Positions 20,251 to 30,559 of a stretch of 64,000 nucleotides of DNA are shown in pieces. The DNA is from Candidatus Pacearchaeota archaeon (GTDB taxonomy: Archaea; Nanobdellota; Nanobdellia; Pacearchaeales; GW2011-AR1). Position numbers and translations under genes: made by a program. The notes under the pieces are model-generated. The model searched no databases. It had not been told where the DNA came from and saw only the letters and a list, made by a program, of their open reading frames with translations. How positions within the stretch are numbered: position 1 is the stretch's first letter; every line of letters starts with the position of its first letter. Location: contig JAVZCO010000001.1 in the NCBI GenBank assembly GCA_038874355.1, positions 231,637 through 295,636 on the forward strand, written 5' to 3'.

Positions 20251-21105
20251 TTATTTTTCAAAAATTAAAGGAGTAATATAAACTTCTATAAATCCAGCAA
20301 TAATTAAAATAATAACAGCTAATATTATTAATAATAAAATATTTTGTAAGATATTAAAAAATCTCCCTGTTTTATAATCTTTTTTTGTTATTGCTATACT
20401 TAAAATTCCTCCAGCTAAAAGTCCAAAAAAATAAGCAGCAATTTCAGGAATACCATGGATCATATATCTTCCGAGGCCCAAAAAAATTTTATTAAATTGA
20501 GATTTTGTGTATATTCCTATAGCAGCAGCAATAACAGAAGCATTCCATGCGAGAACAAACATCCCACCAGCACCAAAAATTAATGAAAATATAATAGTAA
20601 ATATTAATACATATATATTATTAGAGAATATGGCTAAAAATCTATCTTTTGATGTTACAAAACCGGTAGTTTTTGATGTTAATCCATACTCTTTTATACA
20701 ATTTTGGAAATTATTTGGTTTATTTATACTACAATAAGTCTCTATTTGTGTAGCAAAAGTTTCTTTTGATAATCCAATATACATTAAACTATACCCTACT
20801 AATAACCCTAAAAATAAAAATAATAAAGCAGCCATACTTTTTTGATGTTCTTTCAAAACTCTAAAAAAACTTTCTTCAATAAATTCTTTTTTTTCTTCTA
20901 TTCTAAACAAAAAATAAACGAAAGGTGTGCAAAACATTACACTAAAAGTAACAATTATAATACCAAGATGCTTAGCCATTATAATATCATGTGCAAAAAA
21001 AAATCTTGCTAATAAAACGGAAATAATACCATAAAATAAACCAATAAAAAACATATACCAACTTTTTTGTTTTGCTTTAATTGGACTTAAAAGCATTTCT
21101 AACAT
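20251..21105 (-). CDS. SpoIIM-like (DUF95) integral membrane protein
   Basis: Six TM helices. The HGIPEIAAYFFG motif resembles the stage II sporulation protein M family. Confidence 0.4.
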   Translation of the reverse strand: MLEMLLSPIKAKQKSWYMFFIGLFYGIISVLLARFFFAHDIIMAKHLGIIIVTFSVMFCTPFVYFLFRIEEKKEFIEESFFRVLKEHQKSMAALLFLFLGLLVGYSLMYIGLSKETFATQIETYCSINKPNNFQNCIKEYGLTSKTTGFVTSKDRFLAIFSNNIYVLIFTIIFSLIFGAGGMFVLAWNASVIAAAIGIYTKSQFNKIFLGLGRYMIHGIPEIAAYFFGLLAGGILSIAITKKDYKTGRFFNILQNILLLIILAVIILIIAGFIEVYITPLIFEK

Positions 21106-21155
21106 AAATTAACAAAATAAATAAGATATTTAAATCTTGTTTATCTATTAAATAA

Positions 21156-21971
21156 ATGAAAAAAGAGGAAATAATAAATAAAATAATAAAAGATATAAAA
21201 TCTGTAAAGATTCAAGGAGCAACAAATATTGCAAAATCTGCTCTTTATGCATATTCTTTATCAAAAACAAAAAAAACAAAAAATAAATTAATAAATGCAC
21301 GACCTACAGAACCTTTACTTATTAATATTTTAAAAAAATTTGACGAAGGTATGACAAAAAAAGAAATTTTAAATCATTTTATAGAAACACAAAATAAAAT
21401 TAATAATTTTGTTTTTAAATTAATAAAAGATGGAGATATTATTATGACTCATTGTCATTCTACTTCAGTTGTCCAAGCTTTAATTTATTGTAAGAAAAAA
21501 GGAAAAAAATTTCAGGTTTATAATACAGAAACTAGACCATTGTATCAGGGAAGAAAAACCTCAAAAGAGTTAAGTAAAGTAGGAATAAAAGTAACTATGT
21601 TTATTGATAGTGCAATAAATATTGCGCTAGAAAAAAAACAAGGGACAAAAAAAGTTAATAAAGTTTTTTTAGGAGCAGATGCCATCTTAGATAATTTTGT
21701 AATAAATAAAGTAGGATCAGAAGTAATTTCTAAGTTAGCTTTTTATAATAAAATTCCAGTTTATCTTTTAGCAGATTCTTGGAAATATTATCCTAAAAAA
21801 ATAAAAATAGAAGAAAGAAATATAAATGAGATTTGGAATAATGCCCCAAAAAATGTAAAAATAAGAAATCCTGCCTTTGAAATAGTAAATAAAAAATATA
21901 TTAAAGCAATAATTTCTGAATATGGAATATTGAGTTATGATAAATTTTTAAAAAAAGTTAAAAATAAATAA
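21156..21971 (+). CDS. eIF-2B alpha/beta/delta-like (e2b2) family protein; candidate ribose-1,5-bisphosphate isomerase
   Basis: IMTHCHSTSVVQAL and GADAI motifs of the IF-2B/MtnA/R15P isomerase family. Confidence 0.55.
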   Translation: MKKEEIINKIIKDIKSVKIQGATNIAKSALYAYSLSKTKKTKNKLINARPTEPLLINILKKFDEGMTKKEILNHFIETQNKINNFVFKLIKDGDIIMTHCHSTSVVQALIYCKKKGKKFQVYNTETRPLYQGRKTSKELSKVGIKVTMFIDSAINIALEKKQGTKKVNKVFLGADAILDNFVINKVGSEVISKLAFYNKIPVYLLADSWKYYPKKIKIEERNINEIWNNAPKNVKIRNPAFEIVNKKYIKAIISEYGILSYDKFLKKVKNK

Positions 21972-21972
21972 T

Positions 21973-22368
21973 TTAATTTTTTATTTTTTTATTTTCATTA
22001 ATTTTTTCAATAATTTTTTCTAATTCTAAACTTAATATTTCTATGTTAATAACTATTTGATTTTTTAATCTTTCAAGTTCTTCTAATTGTTTGTTAATAA
22101 TTTCCTTTGTTTCTTCTATAGTTTTTTTTAAAACTACACCATTTCCAACATTAACAAATAATTCTTTATTCTTTATCTCAGTTTCTACAAATATACCCTT
22201 TCCTAAAGATAACAAAGTTTTTTTGTTTTTTTCTTTAATGTATTTTAAGGATTCTTTTATACTCATAAATTCCATTATTTGTTGATTTATTATTGAAAGT
22301 TGTTCTTCTAATTTTCTTGCTTCTTCTTGTATTAAACTTATTTGTAAAATATAATTTTCATTTACCAT
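21973..22368 (-). CDS. pfdA: prefoldin alpha subunit
   Basis: Coiled coil - beta hairpin (GKGIFVETEI...VNVGNGVVL) - coiled coil, ~130 aa. Confidence 0.5.
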   Translation of the reverse strand: MVNENYILQISLIQEEARKLEEQLSIINQQIMEFMSIKESLKYIKEKNKKTLLSLGKGIFVETEIKNKELFVNVGNGVVLKKTIEETKEIINKQLEELERLKNQIVINIEILSLELEKIIEKINENKKIKN

Positions 22369-22369
22369 T

Positions 22370-22774
22370 TTATTCTGTTTTTAAAATTTTTTTAAATATT
22401 AAGTTAAAAATTAAACTAAAAAGAATATACCACCAAATCCAAGATTTTTCTAATGGTGTATTAATAAAAACATTTTTTAACCAACTAAATAAAACTAATA
22501 GGGGAATTAAAGTAAAAATCATAGGTTTAAAACTATACTTCATAAGTTCACTGCTATATAACATTATTTCTTTTTGTATTTCTAAAATTTTTTCTTTATT
22601 ATTTCTATTTTTTTTTAATTCTTCTTGTAATTTTTTTTGTTTTTCTTTTATTTCTTTTATCTTTTGTTGATTAGTAGTATATTTATTTATTAAAGTTACG
22701 ATAATAGTAACTATTAAAGAAATTATTAAGATACCTAATTTTGGGTTTTTTCCTATAAATTCTTCTATGTTCAT
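22370..22774 (-). CDS. DUF106/EMC3-like (archaeal YidC/Oxa1-type) membrane insertase candidate
   Basis: Topology TM1 - long coiled coil - TM2 - TM3 as in the Mj0480 family, directly beside secY. Call rests on topology only. Confidence 0.3.
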   Translation of the reverse strand: MNIEEFIGKNPKLGILIISLIVTIIVTLINKYTTNQQKIKEIKEKQKKLQEELKKNRNNKEKILEIQKEIMLYSSELMKYSFKPMIFTLIPLLVLFSWLKNVFINTPLEKSWIWWYILFSLIFNLIFKKILKTE

Positions 22775-22814
22775 TTTTATTTTTAAAATTTTTTTAGTTT
22801 TTAAATAATTGCTT

Positions 22815-24227
22815 TTATTGTATAAATCTCTTTAAAGCAGGATACATATCCATTGCATGTTGTTGTGCAATATTCTGATAAAATTGATATATTATCATTA
22901 CACCTAATAAAATTGCTGTTCCAGAGACTATCGCTCCTAACATGTTTGCTAATGAAGCTAATAATCCTATAGCAGCACCTCCCATAATTGTTAAAGGAAG
23001 GATATATCTATCTAATACACTTTCTAAAATCCTCTCGTCTTTTCTAAAACCAGGTATTTGTAATCCAGAAGAAATTATATTTTTTGCTTGAGAAGCAGCA
23101 TCTAATCCAGAAGTTTTAACCCAAAAAAATGCAAATAAAACAGAGAAGAAAATATAACACAAAATATGAATTATCATTTGTGAAACACTTCTTGCATTTA
23201 GAGTTGATGTTATCATTTGTTGAATCAAATTAGGATTTGGATCAGATATCCAATATGCTAAACCACCTACAGCTTTTCCACCTTCAAATACTCCTAGAAA
23301 AGTTCCATGACCTCTCCAGTTTTGAAGTAATCCTCCAAATAATTGCAAATTAGCAATTAAAGCAGCTGTTAGAATAACAGGTATAACCGATGTATAAAAA
23401 AAAGCGAGAGGCCATCTTATACTATAACCTCTTAATCTATCAAAACTTAAAGGAACCTCTACTTTTAAAGATTGTGCCCAAACAACAATACCAAATATGA
23501 TGGTGGTAACAATTATTACTATTAAAGCTTGTAATGCACCTTGTGGATTTTGATTTACTAAAGATTGTAAAAAAACTAAAACTTTACCACCGCATTCTAC
23601 AACTTCTCCAGACTGCCCACTAAATTTAATTAAACAATTTCCACCATCAATACTAATAAATTGAAATAATCCATTAAATAATCTCCATCCAACTCCAGCA
23701 GCAATAAATAAACTTACACCAGAACCAAAACCCCATTTCTGTACTAAATCATCTAATAACATTATTGCTAAACCTCCAAGAATAAGTTGAAATATAACTA
23801 TTGCTGTATAACCAGGAATTGCCTCTAAACCTTTCATTAAAACGTAAACACATGCTTCAAATATTATAAAAAATATTATAGCTATTTTTTGTAAACCTTG
23901 AAAGTATTTTTTTCCTTCTTCTTTTGTTAAATCTATATTTAATATTTTACTTCCTACGAGTAATTGTAATACAATAGAAGCCATAACTATTGGCCCTATA
24001 CCCAAACTAATTATACTACCAAAATCTGTTCCAAATATAATCGCAAGATATTGGAATCTTTGTAAAGCATTTTCTTTTAATCCGAATAAAGGAATATTTG
24101 CTAAAACAAAAAAACATACCAAAACAATTAATGTCCATTTTAATTTTATGTTGAAAGCTAATCTTTTCTCTGAAGGTTTTTTTACTTCTGGTATAAAGGT
24201 CAATATCTTCTCAAGCACCATTTTCAA
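22815..24227 (-). CDS. secY: preprotein translocase subunit SecY
   Basis: 470 aa, 10 TM helices, conserved SecY/Sec61alpha plug and gate regions. Lies at the end of the ribosomal operon. Confidence 0.9.
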   Translation of the reverse strand: MKMVLEKILTFIPEVKKPSEKRLAFNIKLKWTLIVLVCFFVLANIPLFGLKENALQRFQYLAIIFGTDFGSIISLGIGPIVMASIVLQLLVGSKILNIDLTKEEGKKYFQGLQKIAIIFFIIFEACVYVLMKGLEAIPGYTAIVIFQLILGGLAIMLLDDLVQKWGFGSGVSLFIAAGVGWRLFNGLFQFISIDGGNCLIKFSGQSGEVVECGGKVLVFLQSLVNQNPQGALQALIVIIVTTIIFGIVVWAQSLKVEVPLSFDRLRGYSIRWPLAFFYTSVIPVILTAALIANLQLFGGLLQNWRGHGTFLGVFEGGKAVGGLAYWISDPNPNLIQQMITSTLNARSVSQMIIHILCYIFFSVLFAFFWVKTSGLDAASQAKNIISSGLQIPGFRKDERILESVLDRYILPLTIMGGAAIGLLASLANMLGAIVSGTAILLGVMIIYQFYQNIAQQHAMDMYPALKRFIQ

Positions 24228-24274
24228 AATATCATAAAAAATTTAATTCTCTAATAATATTATAAATATTAAAA

Positions 24275-24712
24275 TTATTCTTTTTTTAAATTTTCACATT
24301 TACCCCCAGCTTTTTCTATTTTTTCCTTTGCTTTTTTTGAGAAAGAATAAGCTTTGATTATTAATTTATCTTTTATATCTCCTCTACCTAATATTTTATA
24401 ATCTTCTAAATTTAAAAAAATTCCTTCGTTAGTTATTTTTGCTTTACCTTCTTTAATAAATTTTTCTAATTTATCCTGTAATTCATCAATATTAATTGTT
24501 GTTTTTTTTTCTTTTTTTGATTTAAATCCTCTTTTCCCGAAATAATTATCATAATATCTTAAAATATATGTTTTTCGCTGGTCTGCTCTTTTTCCAGTTC
24601 CGGCCATTCCCTTTCCACCTCTATTTCCAGAGCCCTTAGCTTTTTTTGAATTTTTTCCCCACAATCTTGTTCCATGAAATCTTCTAGATCTTTTTCTTTT
24701 TACTAATTTCAT
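24275..24712 (-). CDS. rpl15: 50S ribosomal protein uL15
   Basis: GTRLWGKNSKKAKGSGNRGGKGMAGTGKRADQ Gly/Lys-rich uL15 signature. Operon position. Confidence 0.85.
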   Translation of the reverse strand: MKLVKRKRSRRFHGTRLWGKNSKKAKGSGNRGGKGMAGTGKRADQRKTYILRYYDNYFGKRGFKSKKEKKTTINIDELQDKLEKFIKEGKAKITNEGIFLNLEDYKILGRGDIKDKLIIKAYSFSKKAKEKIEKAGGKCENLKKE

Positions 24713-24713
24713 T

Positions 24714-25157
24714 TTATAACATTCTTTTTATTAATTCATTTATTTTTTCTTTTCTGTCACCTAAATCTCCTTTAGGATAGTGTTGTTTTATATTTTTTAA
24801 TCCACCTCGAGGAGGATGTAATCTAAAAAATGGTTTTATTGTTTTTATTTTATTATTTTTTATTTCTTCTATAATCTTATTTATTTCCTCTTTTTTTACT
24901 AGTTTATTACCAACTTTTTTACCTCTTTTTTCTATCAATAATTTTAAAGTATCCTCATTTATTTTTCCATAAGTAACATAATTTCTTATTTTTTTTAAAA
25001 TTCCTTCTATTTGTTTATTTTCATTAACAACTACACAAGAAAATTTTTTTCTTAGCCTTAATCTATAAAGAGCTTCTTTTATATCTCTTCTTACATCTAC
25101 TAAGCCCCTTATTCTTATTATAGCTATCATTTTAATTTTTTTAAAGCATTTATGCAT
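24714..25157 (-). CDS. rpl30: 50S ribosomal protein uL30
   Basis: IAIIRIRGLVDVRRDIKEALYRLRLRK. Operon position between uS5 and uL15. Confidence 0.8.
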   Translation of the reverse strand: MHKCFKKIKMIAIIRIRGLVDVRRDIKEALYRLRLRKKFSCVVVNENKQIEGILKKIRNYVTYGKINEDTLKLLIEKRGKKVGNKLVKKEEINKIIEEIKNNKIKTIKPFFRLHPPRGGLKNIKQHYPKGDLGDRKEKINELIKRML

Positions 25158-25876
25158 GCTTTTGCAAAATTTATTGTTGTTCTTGTTTGCCCAAAGCTTC
25201 TACTATAAATATCTTTTATTCCAGCTAATCTTAATATCTTTTTTATTTCATCCCCAGCAACCAAACCTGTACCTTGAGGAGCAGGTATTAAAATAATCTC
25301 TGCACTTCCACATTTACCATTAACCTTAAATGGAATACTATGTGATTCTTTACAATTACAATCAAAACTACCACACCCTCTTTTTATTTTTATTATATTT
25401 AGTTTTGCTTTCCTTATTGCTTTTTCTCTGGCAGGTAAAGTTTCTTTAGCTTTTCCGTAACCAATTCCAACATGTCCATTTTCATCTCCAACAACAGCCA
25501 TACATGCAAAAGTAGGAACATTACCCTCTGCTGTTTTCTTTTGTGTTTGCTTCCAAATTCTTCTTTTTCCACCACCAAATTTTCCTTTTGATTGTCCTAT
25601 TTTTAATAATTCTATTTTAAGATCTAATAAAGAATCTATAATTTCTACTTCTAATATCTTATACTTATCTAAAATTTCATCAATGTCTTTAATTTTTCCT
25701 TCTTTTACTAACTTACCTATTTCTGTTTTAGGTTTCCAATTAACTAATCTTTCTTTTATTTTTTCCTTTTCTTCTATTTCTTCTTTTTCTAATTCTTCAA
25801 TACTACTATCTACTTCCTTTAAAACTTCCTCTATTTCTTCTTCCTTATCATTCATTTTATCTTCCTTCAAATTCAT
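25127..25876 (-). CDS. rps5: 30S ribosomal protein uS5 with acidic N-terminal extension
   Basis: The GRRIWKQTQ...VVGDENGHVGIGYGKAKE core is uS5. A 40-aa E/K-rich N-terminal tail precedes it. Confidence 0.85.
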   Translation of the reverse strand: MNLKEDKMNDKEEEIEEVLKEVDSSIEELEKEEIEEKEKIKERLVNWKPKTEIGKLVKEGKIKDIDEILDKYKILEVEIIDSLLDLKIELLKIGQSKGKFGGGKRRIWKQTQKKTAEGNVPTFACMAVVGDENGHVGIGYGKAKETLPAREKAIRKAKLNIIKIKRGCGSFDCNCKESHSIPFKVNGKCGSAEIILIPAPQGTGLVAGDEIKKILRLAGIKDIYSRSFGQTRTTINFAKACINALKKLK

Positions 25877-26342
25877 TTTCTATTTTATTTTTTATATATT
25901 CAAAAAATTTATTTTTTACTATTCTTTCTTCTTTAGGAAACATTTCTTCTTTACATTTAATTTTTATACCGCTTTCTTTTAATCCTTTAACAAAAGAATA
26001 TATTTTTGAACCTTTAATATTTCTTAATAATCCTATGTCTAATATACATTCTTTACTAATATCTTTTTTTATTATTTTTTTTCCTAATAAAAATCCGCTT
26101 AGATAACAAGCTGTAAGATTTTTGGCATTATAATCATTCCATCCATATTTTCTTAATTCTTTTGAATTAACGCTTACAATAACAAAATCTTGTGCATTTT
26201 TTGATATTACATAAGATCCAATTATGTACCTATTTGTTTTTCTAAAAACTATCCTCGGTAAATTACTTTTTAACATCTCTATTCTTGCTTTGTAATCTGT
26301 TTTTCCTTCTCTTCTTCTTTTCATTTTTACTACAATCTTCAT
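25857..26342 (-). CDS. rpl18: 50S ribosomal protein uL18
   Basis: RRREGKTDYKARIEML, PRIVFRKTNRYII. Confidence 0.8.
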   Translation of the reverse strand: MKIVVKMKRRREGKTDYKARIEMLKSNLPRIVFRKTNRYIIGSYVISKNAQDFVIVSVNSKELRKYGWNDYNAKNLTACYLSGFLLGKKIIKKDISKECILDIGLLRNIKGSKIYSFVKGLKESGIKIKCKEEMFPKEERIVKNKFFEYIKNKIENEFEGR

Positions 26343-26737
26343 TTTTTTAATTCCTCCATTAAGTGCTTAATATCTTTAAATTTATTTTGTTTTATTTTTT
26401 TTCTTATTTCATTATACCTTTCTTTTGATATTTTTCCTTGTTCTTTTAATTTTTTTAAATGATTTCTTTGTTTTCTTACCCTTATAACATATTCTTTTTT
26501 TCTATTCTTTATTTTCTTTTTTATTTTTCCAGGCCCTCTCCTTCTTTTTCTTTTTTCTTTTTTTCTTCTCCCTTTTTTTTCTTTTATTATAATTGCTTTA
26601 TCTTTAATTAAATCGATTATGTCTTTTCTTGTTATTGCTTCTTTTATCTCATCTAATCTTGTTTCATTGAATATAATTCTATCTATTCCGACATTCATAA
26701 CCCTTGCAACTAATTTCTTCTTTTTTTTAAGATTCAT
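26339..26737 (-). CDS. rpl19e: 50S ribosomal protein eL19
   Basis: LKKKKKLVARVMNVGIDRIIF N-terminus typical of L19e. Confidence 0.8.
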   Translation of the reverse strand: MNLKKKKKLVARVMNVGIDRIIFNETRLDEIKEAITRKDIIDLIKDKAIIIKEKKGRRKKEKRKRRRGPGKIKKKIKNRKKEYVIRVRKQRNHLKKLKEQGKISKERYNEIRKKIKQNKFKDIKHLMEELKK

Positions 26738-27092
26738 TTTTTTCTCCTTTTTTTATATTTAAGATTTCTATATTTTTGTTCTTTGCTTCTTCTATAATTT
26801 GTTTTCTTTTCTTTTTTCCAATTTTTGAAGATATTATAACTATATTTTTTTCTTTATCAACTTTCTTTAAATCATAAATATTATTTACTAAGATTGGTAA
26901 TTTTCCTTTAAGTAAAAATTTATTTTTTTTACTTTTTCCAAAACCAATTTGAACTTTTTTTAACCTACCTTTTTTTCTTACTCTTATTTTACTATGCCTT
27001 CCTCTTTGTCTTCTCCATTTTTGTTTTTTTTTCTGCCTTTTTCCTAATCTTATATAATAAGTTGTTCCTCTTCTTAGAAATTTTCTTTTCAT
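26727..27092 (-). CDS. rpl32e: 50S ribosomal protein eL32
   Basis: WRRQRGRHSKIRVRKKG motif of L32e. Operon position. Confidence 0.75.
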   Translation of the reverse strand: MKRKFLRRGTTYYIRLGKRQKKKQKWRRQRGRHSKIRVRKKGRLKKVQIGFGKSKKNKFLLKGKLPILVNNIYDLKKVDKEKNIVIISSKIGKKKRKQIIEEAKNKNIEILNIKKGEKNES

Positions 27093-27093
27093 T

Positions 27094-27636
27094 TTATTTT
27101 CTCCTCCCTTTACATTTTTCTATAATAAAAATTCCATCTTGAAAAATTCTTCTATCTCTTTTCGTTATTCTAGTAGCTTGTTCTATATTTGCTGCTGTTT
27201 GGCCAGCTTTTTCTTTATCATGGCTTTCTACAATTATAATATCTTTTTCAATTCTTACATTAACGTCATCTAATATAAGAGCTTTTCTTTCTTTTTTTTC
27301 TCCAAGAAAATTTTTTATTATCAAATAATTATCTTTAATACTAACGGATATCGGAAAATGGACATAACAAATCTGTAATTTATAAACATATTTTTCTCTT
27401 AATCCTTCTATAGCGTTTTTTATTTTTGCTTTAATTGTTTTTATATCTCTTTTATTTTTTCTTGTTGCCTTTTCTTTAAATAAGACTATTTTATTTTTTT
27501 CTTTTATTATATCAAAATTTCCTTTCAATAATATTTTATCTTCTTTATCATTACTTTTTATTTTTAATATTTTCCCATCTATTTCAAAATTCATTCCTTC
27601 TGGTATTTCTATTATTTCTTCAATTTTTGTTTTCAT
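27094..27636 (-). CDS. rpl6: 50S ribosomal protein uL6
   Basis: Two-domain L6 pattern with PEGMNFEIDGKILKIKS... Operon position. Confidence 0.8.
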   Translation of the reverse strand: MKTKIEEIIEIPEGMNFEIDGKILKIKSNDKEDKILLKGNFDIIKEKNKIVLFKEKATRKNKRDIKTIKAKIKNAIEGLREKYVYKLQICYVHFPISVSIKDNYLIIKNFLGEKKERKALILDDVNVRIEKDIIIVESHDKEKAGQTAANIEQATRITKRDRRIFQDGIFIIEKCKGRRK

Positions 27637-27638
27637 TT

Positions 27639-28016
27639 TTAATAAAAATATGCAATAAGAGAACCGCCTAAGTTTTTTTCTAAAGCTTCATAATGTGTCA
27701 TTATCCCTTTACTTGTAGATATAATAATAATTCCAAAATTTCTTGCAGGCAAATATCTCCTAACATATTTTTCTATATCCTTAATTTGTACATCAAATCG
27801 AGGTTTAATTGCTTTACACTCATTTAATTCTCCTATTGTAATTCTTAATTTTTTTTCTTTATCAATAAAATAATCTTTTATATAGTTATTTTTTTTAGCT
27901 AATTCCAAAATAGATAAAAGAAGTTTGGAGTAATAACTAACTAAAACTTCTTTTTTTCTCGCTTTTTTCGCATTCATTATCTTACATAATCCATCAGCAA
28001 CAACATCATGTGACAT
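27639..28016 (-). CDS. rps8: 30S ribosomal protein uS8
   Basis: MSHDVVADGLCKIMNAKKARKKEV N-terminus. Confidence 0.8.
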   Translation of the reverse strand: MSHDVVADGLCKIMNAKKARKKEVLVSYYSKLLLSILELAKKNNYIKDYFIDKEKKLRITIGELNECKAIKPRFDVQIKDIEKYVRRYLPARNFGIIIISTSKGIMTHYEALEKNLGGSLIAYFY

Positions 28017-28019
28017 TTT

Positions 28020-28250
28020 CTATGAGTATTTTTTAAATCCCAATTCATTAGCAATTTCTCTAAAGCATTGCCTACACAAATCTAACCCGTAAGACGATAT
28101 ATGTGCACCAAATCTTCCACATCTAAAACATTTTTTTGAAGCTATTCCGGTTTTTCTTTCTTTTGGTTTATTATGTCTAATAAATTTTTCTTTTTTTGCA
28201 GGTTTTTTTTCTATTTGTTTTAATATTTTTTTCCAATCACTTGCTGTCAT
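28020..28250 (-). CDS. rps14: 30S ribosomal protein uS14 (type Z, zinc-binding)
   Basis: [25 protein letters not shown] has the CxxC...CxxC motif. N-terminal ~20-aa extension. Confidence 0.8.
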   Translation of the reverse strand: MTASDWKKILKQIEKKPAKKEKFIRHNKPKERKTGIASKKCFRCGRFGAHISSYGLDLCRQCFREIANELGFKKYS

Positions 28251-28753
28251 TTTATTTTTGTTTTAAAATTTTCCTCCATAAATTTAATTATTTCCTCTTT
28301 AGAGACATTTTGTTTAGCAGGTAATTTTCCTTTTTTTATTTTTCTTATACTAACTCTTTTTCCACTTCTACAAAAACTTACACTAACATCCAATCCTATT
28401 ATTCCTACATCTCTTTGATAAGATATTCCAGGTATTTCTATATACTCTTTTATTCCAAAAGAAAAAGAGTTCTCTGAAATTTGTTTTTTATTTAAAGTAT
28501 TATCTTTTGCAACTAATAATTTTTTTAGTAATTCAATTGCTTCTTTTTTTCTTAGTGTTACAAAAGCTCCAACTTCTAATCCCGGTCTAACATTTAAAGA
28601 AGGTATTCTCTTTTTTGATTTTACTTTTTTTGGTTTTTTTCCTGTAATTCTTTCTAATAATTTTACTCCCCTTTCAAGTTTATCTCCACTACCACCTATA
28701 CTTAAAACAACTTTTTCTATTTCTATATTTCTCATTATATTATTATTTTTCAT
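28247..28753 (-). CDS. rpl5: 50S ribosomal protein uL5
   Basis: [30 protein letters not shown]... uL5 N-terminus. Confidence 0.8.
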   Translation of the reverse strand: MKNNNIMRNIEIEKVVLSIGGSGDKLERGVKLLERITGKKPKKVKSKKRIPSLNVRPGLEVGAFVTLRKKEAIELLKKLLVAKDNTLNKKQISENSFSFGIKEYIEIPGISYQRDVGIIGLDVSVSFCRSGKRVSIRKIKKGKLPAKQNVSKEEIIKFMEENFKTKIK

Positions 28754-29394
28754 TTTTCTACCATTATATAATCTAACAAAGCATTTATTTTTTCTTGAGA
28801 AATTTTTATGGTTGCTATATTTTTTTCTTTATCTATTTTTTCTATTATTCCTCTCTTTCCAATATGTTTTCCATTAATTACTAAAACTTTACTCCCTTCT
28901 TTTAATGGTAATATCTCAATTATTTTTTTATTATTTAAATCAAATAAAACAGAATCTCCTATCTTTATGTTTTTATTTTCTTTATAATCTATTAAATAAT
29001 TTCTTCCATTTGTACAATTTATTTGTATTTTATTTTTATCAATCTTTTTCTTATTTAGAATTTTTGCAATAATTTCTTTTTTTTCATTTAAAATTTCTTT
29101 TATTGTTAATTTTTTATTTTCGTTTAAATCCAGAGTATAAATTTTCTTATCTATTTCTATTATATCTTTCAATTGTACTGGAAATTTTTCATCTTTAATT
29201 TTTTTATTATTAACAAAAATTCTTCCCTCTTTTATTATTTTTTTTACATCCTTTCTATTATTAACAATTCTTATTATATCTCTTATAATAACATATACAG
29301 GAATAGAGAGAAAGTTTCCACTAGAAGAAATATATTTAGTACCTTTTCTTGGTAAAGGCCATGTTTTAGGCATTGATTGTCTTTTTCTGTGCAT
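28750..29394 (-). CDS. rps4e: 30S ribosomal protein eS4
   Basis: HRKRQSMPKTWPLPRKGTKYI S4e N-terminal signature. Confidence 0.8.
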   Translation of the reverse strand: MHRKRQSMPKTWPLPRKGTKYISSSGNFLSIPVYVIIRDIIRIVNNRKDVKKIIKEGRIFVNNKKIKDEKFPVQLKDIIEIDKKIYTLDLNENKKLTIKEILNEKKEIIAKILNKKKIDKNKIQINCTNGRNYLIDYKENKNIKIGDSVLFDLNNKKIIEILPLKEGSKVLVINGKHIGKRGIIEKIDKEKNIATIKISQEKINALLDYIMVEK

Positions 29395-29773
29395 TTTTAT
29401 CTTCTAGTTTTTTTAATCTTTTTTTATCTTCTAAATTTAATTCAATTATTTGTAATTTAGATGGATCAAACCAAATATTTATTTTAGTTCCATCTTTCTT
29501 TTGTTTTTGTATTCCTTCGATACTTACTTTTAATTTTTTTAAATTAATTTTTTCTATTTTTCCACTTTTCCCTTTAAAAGATCCTCTCATAATTTTAACT
29601 AGATCCCCCTTTCTTAAAGGAAAACTTCTTCTATTATACTTTTTTCTCAATTCTTTTGATAAATTCGCCGAAATTAATTTTTTTCTTATGTGAAGAGGAG
29701 CATTAAATCTATACTTTCTTTGTTTTCTTTTTTGCTTACTCGATTTCCACTTAATTGAAAATTTTTTTTTCAT
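29366..29773 (-). CDS. rpl24: 50S ribosomal protein uL24 (KOW)
   Basis: RKGDLVKIMRGSFKGKSGKIEKI KOW motif. Confidence 0.8.
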   Translation of the reverse strand: MKKKFSIKWKSSKQKRKQRKYRFNAPLHIRKKLISANLSKELRKKYNRRSFPLRKGDLVKIMRGSFKGKSGKIEKINLKKLKVSIEGIQKQKKDGTKINIWFDPSKLQIIELNLEDKKRLKKLEDKNAQKKTINA

Positions 29774-29774
29774 T

Positions 29775-30176
29775 TTAAACTATTATTAATGCTATTTTAG
29801 CTATTTCTTTCCATCTTTCTGAAATTTCCCTTGGTATAGGACCTTTTATTTGAGTCCCTTTTGGATTTCCCTTTTCATCTTTTAGTAATACAACAGCATT
29901 ATCTGTAAAAGCTATTCTTTCTCCATTTTTTCTTCTTATTGGTTTTTTTTGTCTTATGACAACGGCATCAAATACTTTTCCTTTCATTTCAGGATTACCT
30001 TCCCTTACACTAACCTTTACCCAATCTCCAATTCCGCAACGAGCTTGCCTACCTTTTCTAGATTTTTTTTTCTTTACCCCAATAATCTTAACTATTCTTG
30101 CGCCAGAATTATCAGCAGCTATAACATAACTTCCTATATTTAATGCATTAGGTATTTTTGAAGATATTGCTTTCAT
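29775..30176 (-). CDS. rpl14: 50S ribosomal protein uL14
   Basis: ADNSGARIVKIIGV... FDAVVIRQKKPIRRKNG. Confidence 0.85.
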   Translation of the reverse strand: MKAISSKIPNALNIGSYVIAADNSGARIVKIIGVKKKKSRKGRQARCGIGDWVKVSVREGNPEMKGKVFDAVVIRQKKPIRRKNGERIAFTDNAVVLLKDEKGNPKGTQIKGPIPREISERWKEIAKIALIIV

Positions 30177-30559
30177 TTTTTATTTCCTTCTTTTATTATA
30201 TCTAATAAAACAAAATGAATAATTTTACTTAAAGGCCTACACTCTTGTATTAATACATAATCCCCTATTTTTACTTTTTCTTCCATACATTTAGGTAATC
30301 TAGCATGCAATCTTGTTTTCTTTTTTAAATATCTTTCATACTTTTTTATATAAACTGTTCTCTCAAATTCTATAACAATTCTTCTCGGAAATTTTTTTAT
30401 AACATACCCCTCAAATTTTCTTCCTCTAACTTTTAGATATCCATGGATAGGACAATCTTTATCATTACATTTTTCTTTATTCTTGCTATCAATTTTCTTT
30501 TTTTCTATATTTTCATCTATCTTTTCTTTCTCTTCTTCTTTTATTTCTTTATTTTCCAT
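30173..30559 (-). CDS. rps17: 30S ribosomal protein uS17 with 29-aa KE-rich N-terminal extension
   Basis: C-terminal RKFEGYVIK...GDYVLIQECRPLSK is uS17. N-terminal MENKEIKEEEKEKIDENIEKKKIDSKNKE is identical to the uL22 N-terminus. Confidence 0.75.
   Translation of the reverse strand: MENKEIKEEEKEKIDENIEKKKIDSKNKEKCNDKDCPIHGYLKVRGRKFEGYVIKKFPRRIVIEFERTVYIKKYERYLKKKTRLHARLPKCMEEKVKIGDYVLIQECRPLSKIIHFVLLDIIKEGNKK

Noticed and set aside
25683-25982. 99-aa + strand ORF rich in S/F/L
   Set aside because: Antisense of the uS5/uL18 junction; a compositional artefact. The same reasoning applies to the other antisense ORFs within the ribosomal operon (29173-29355, 29373-29693, 29949-30143, 31495-31758, 32123-32404, 33941-34129).
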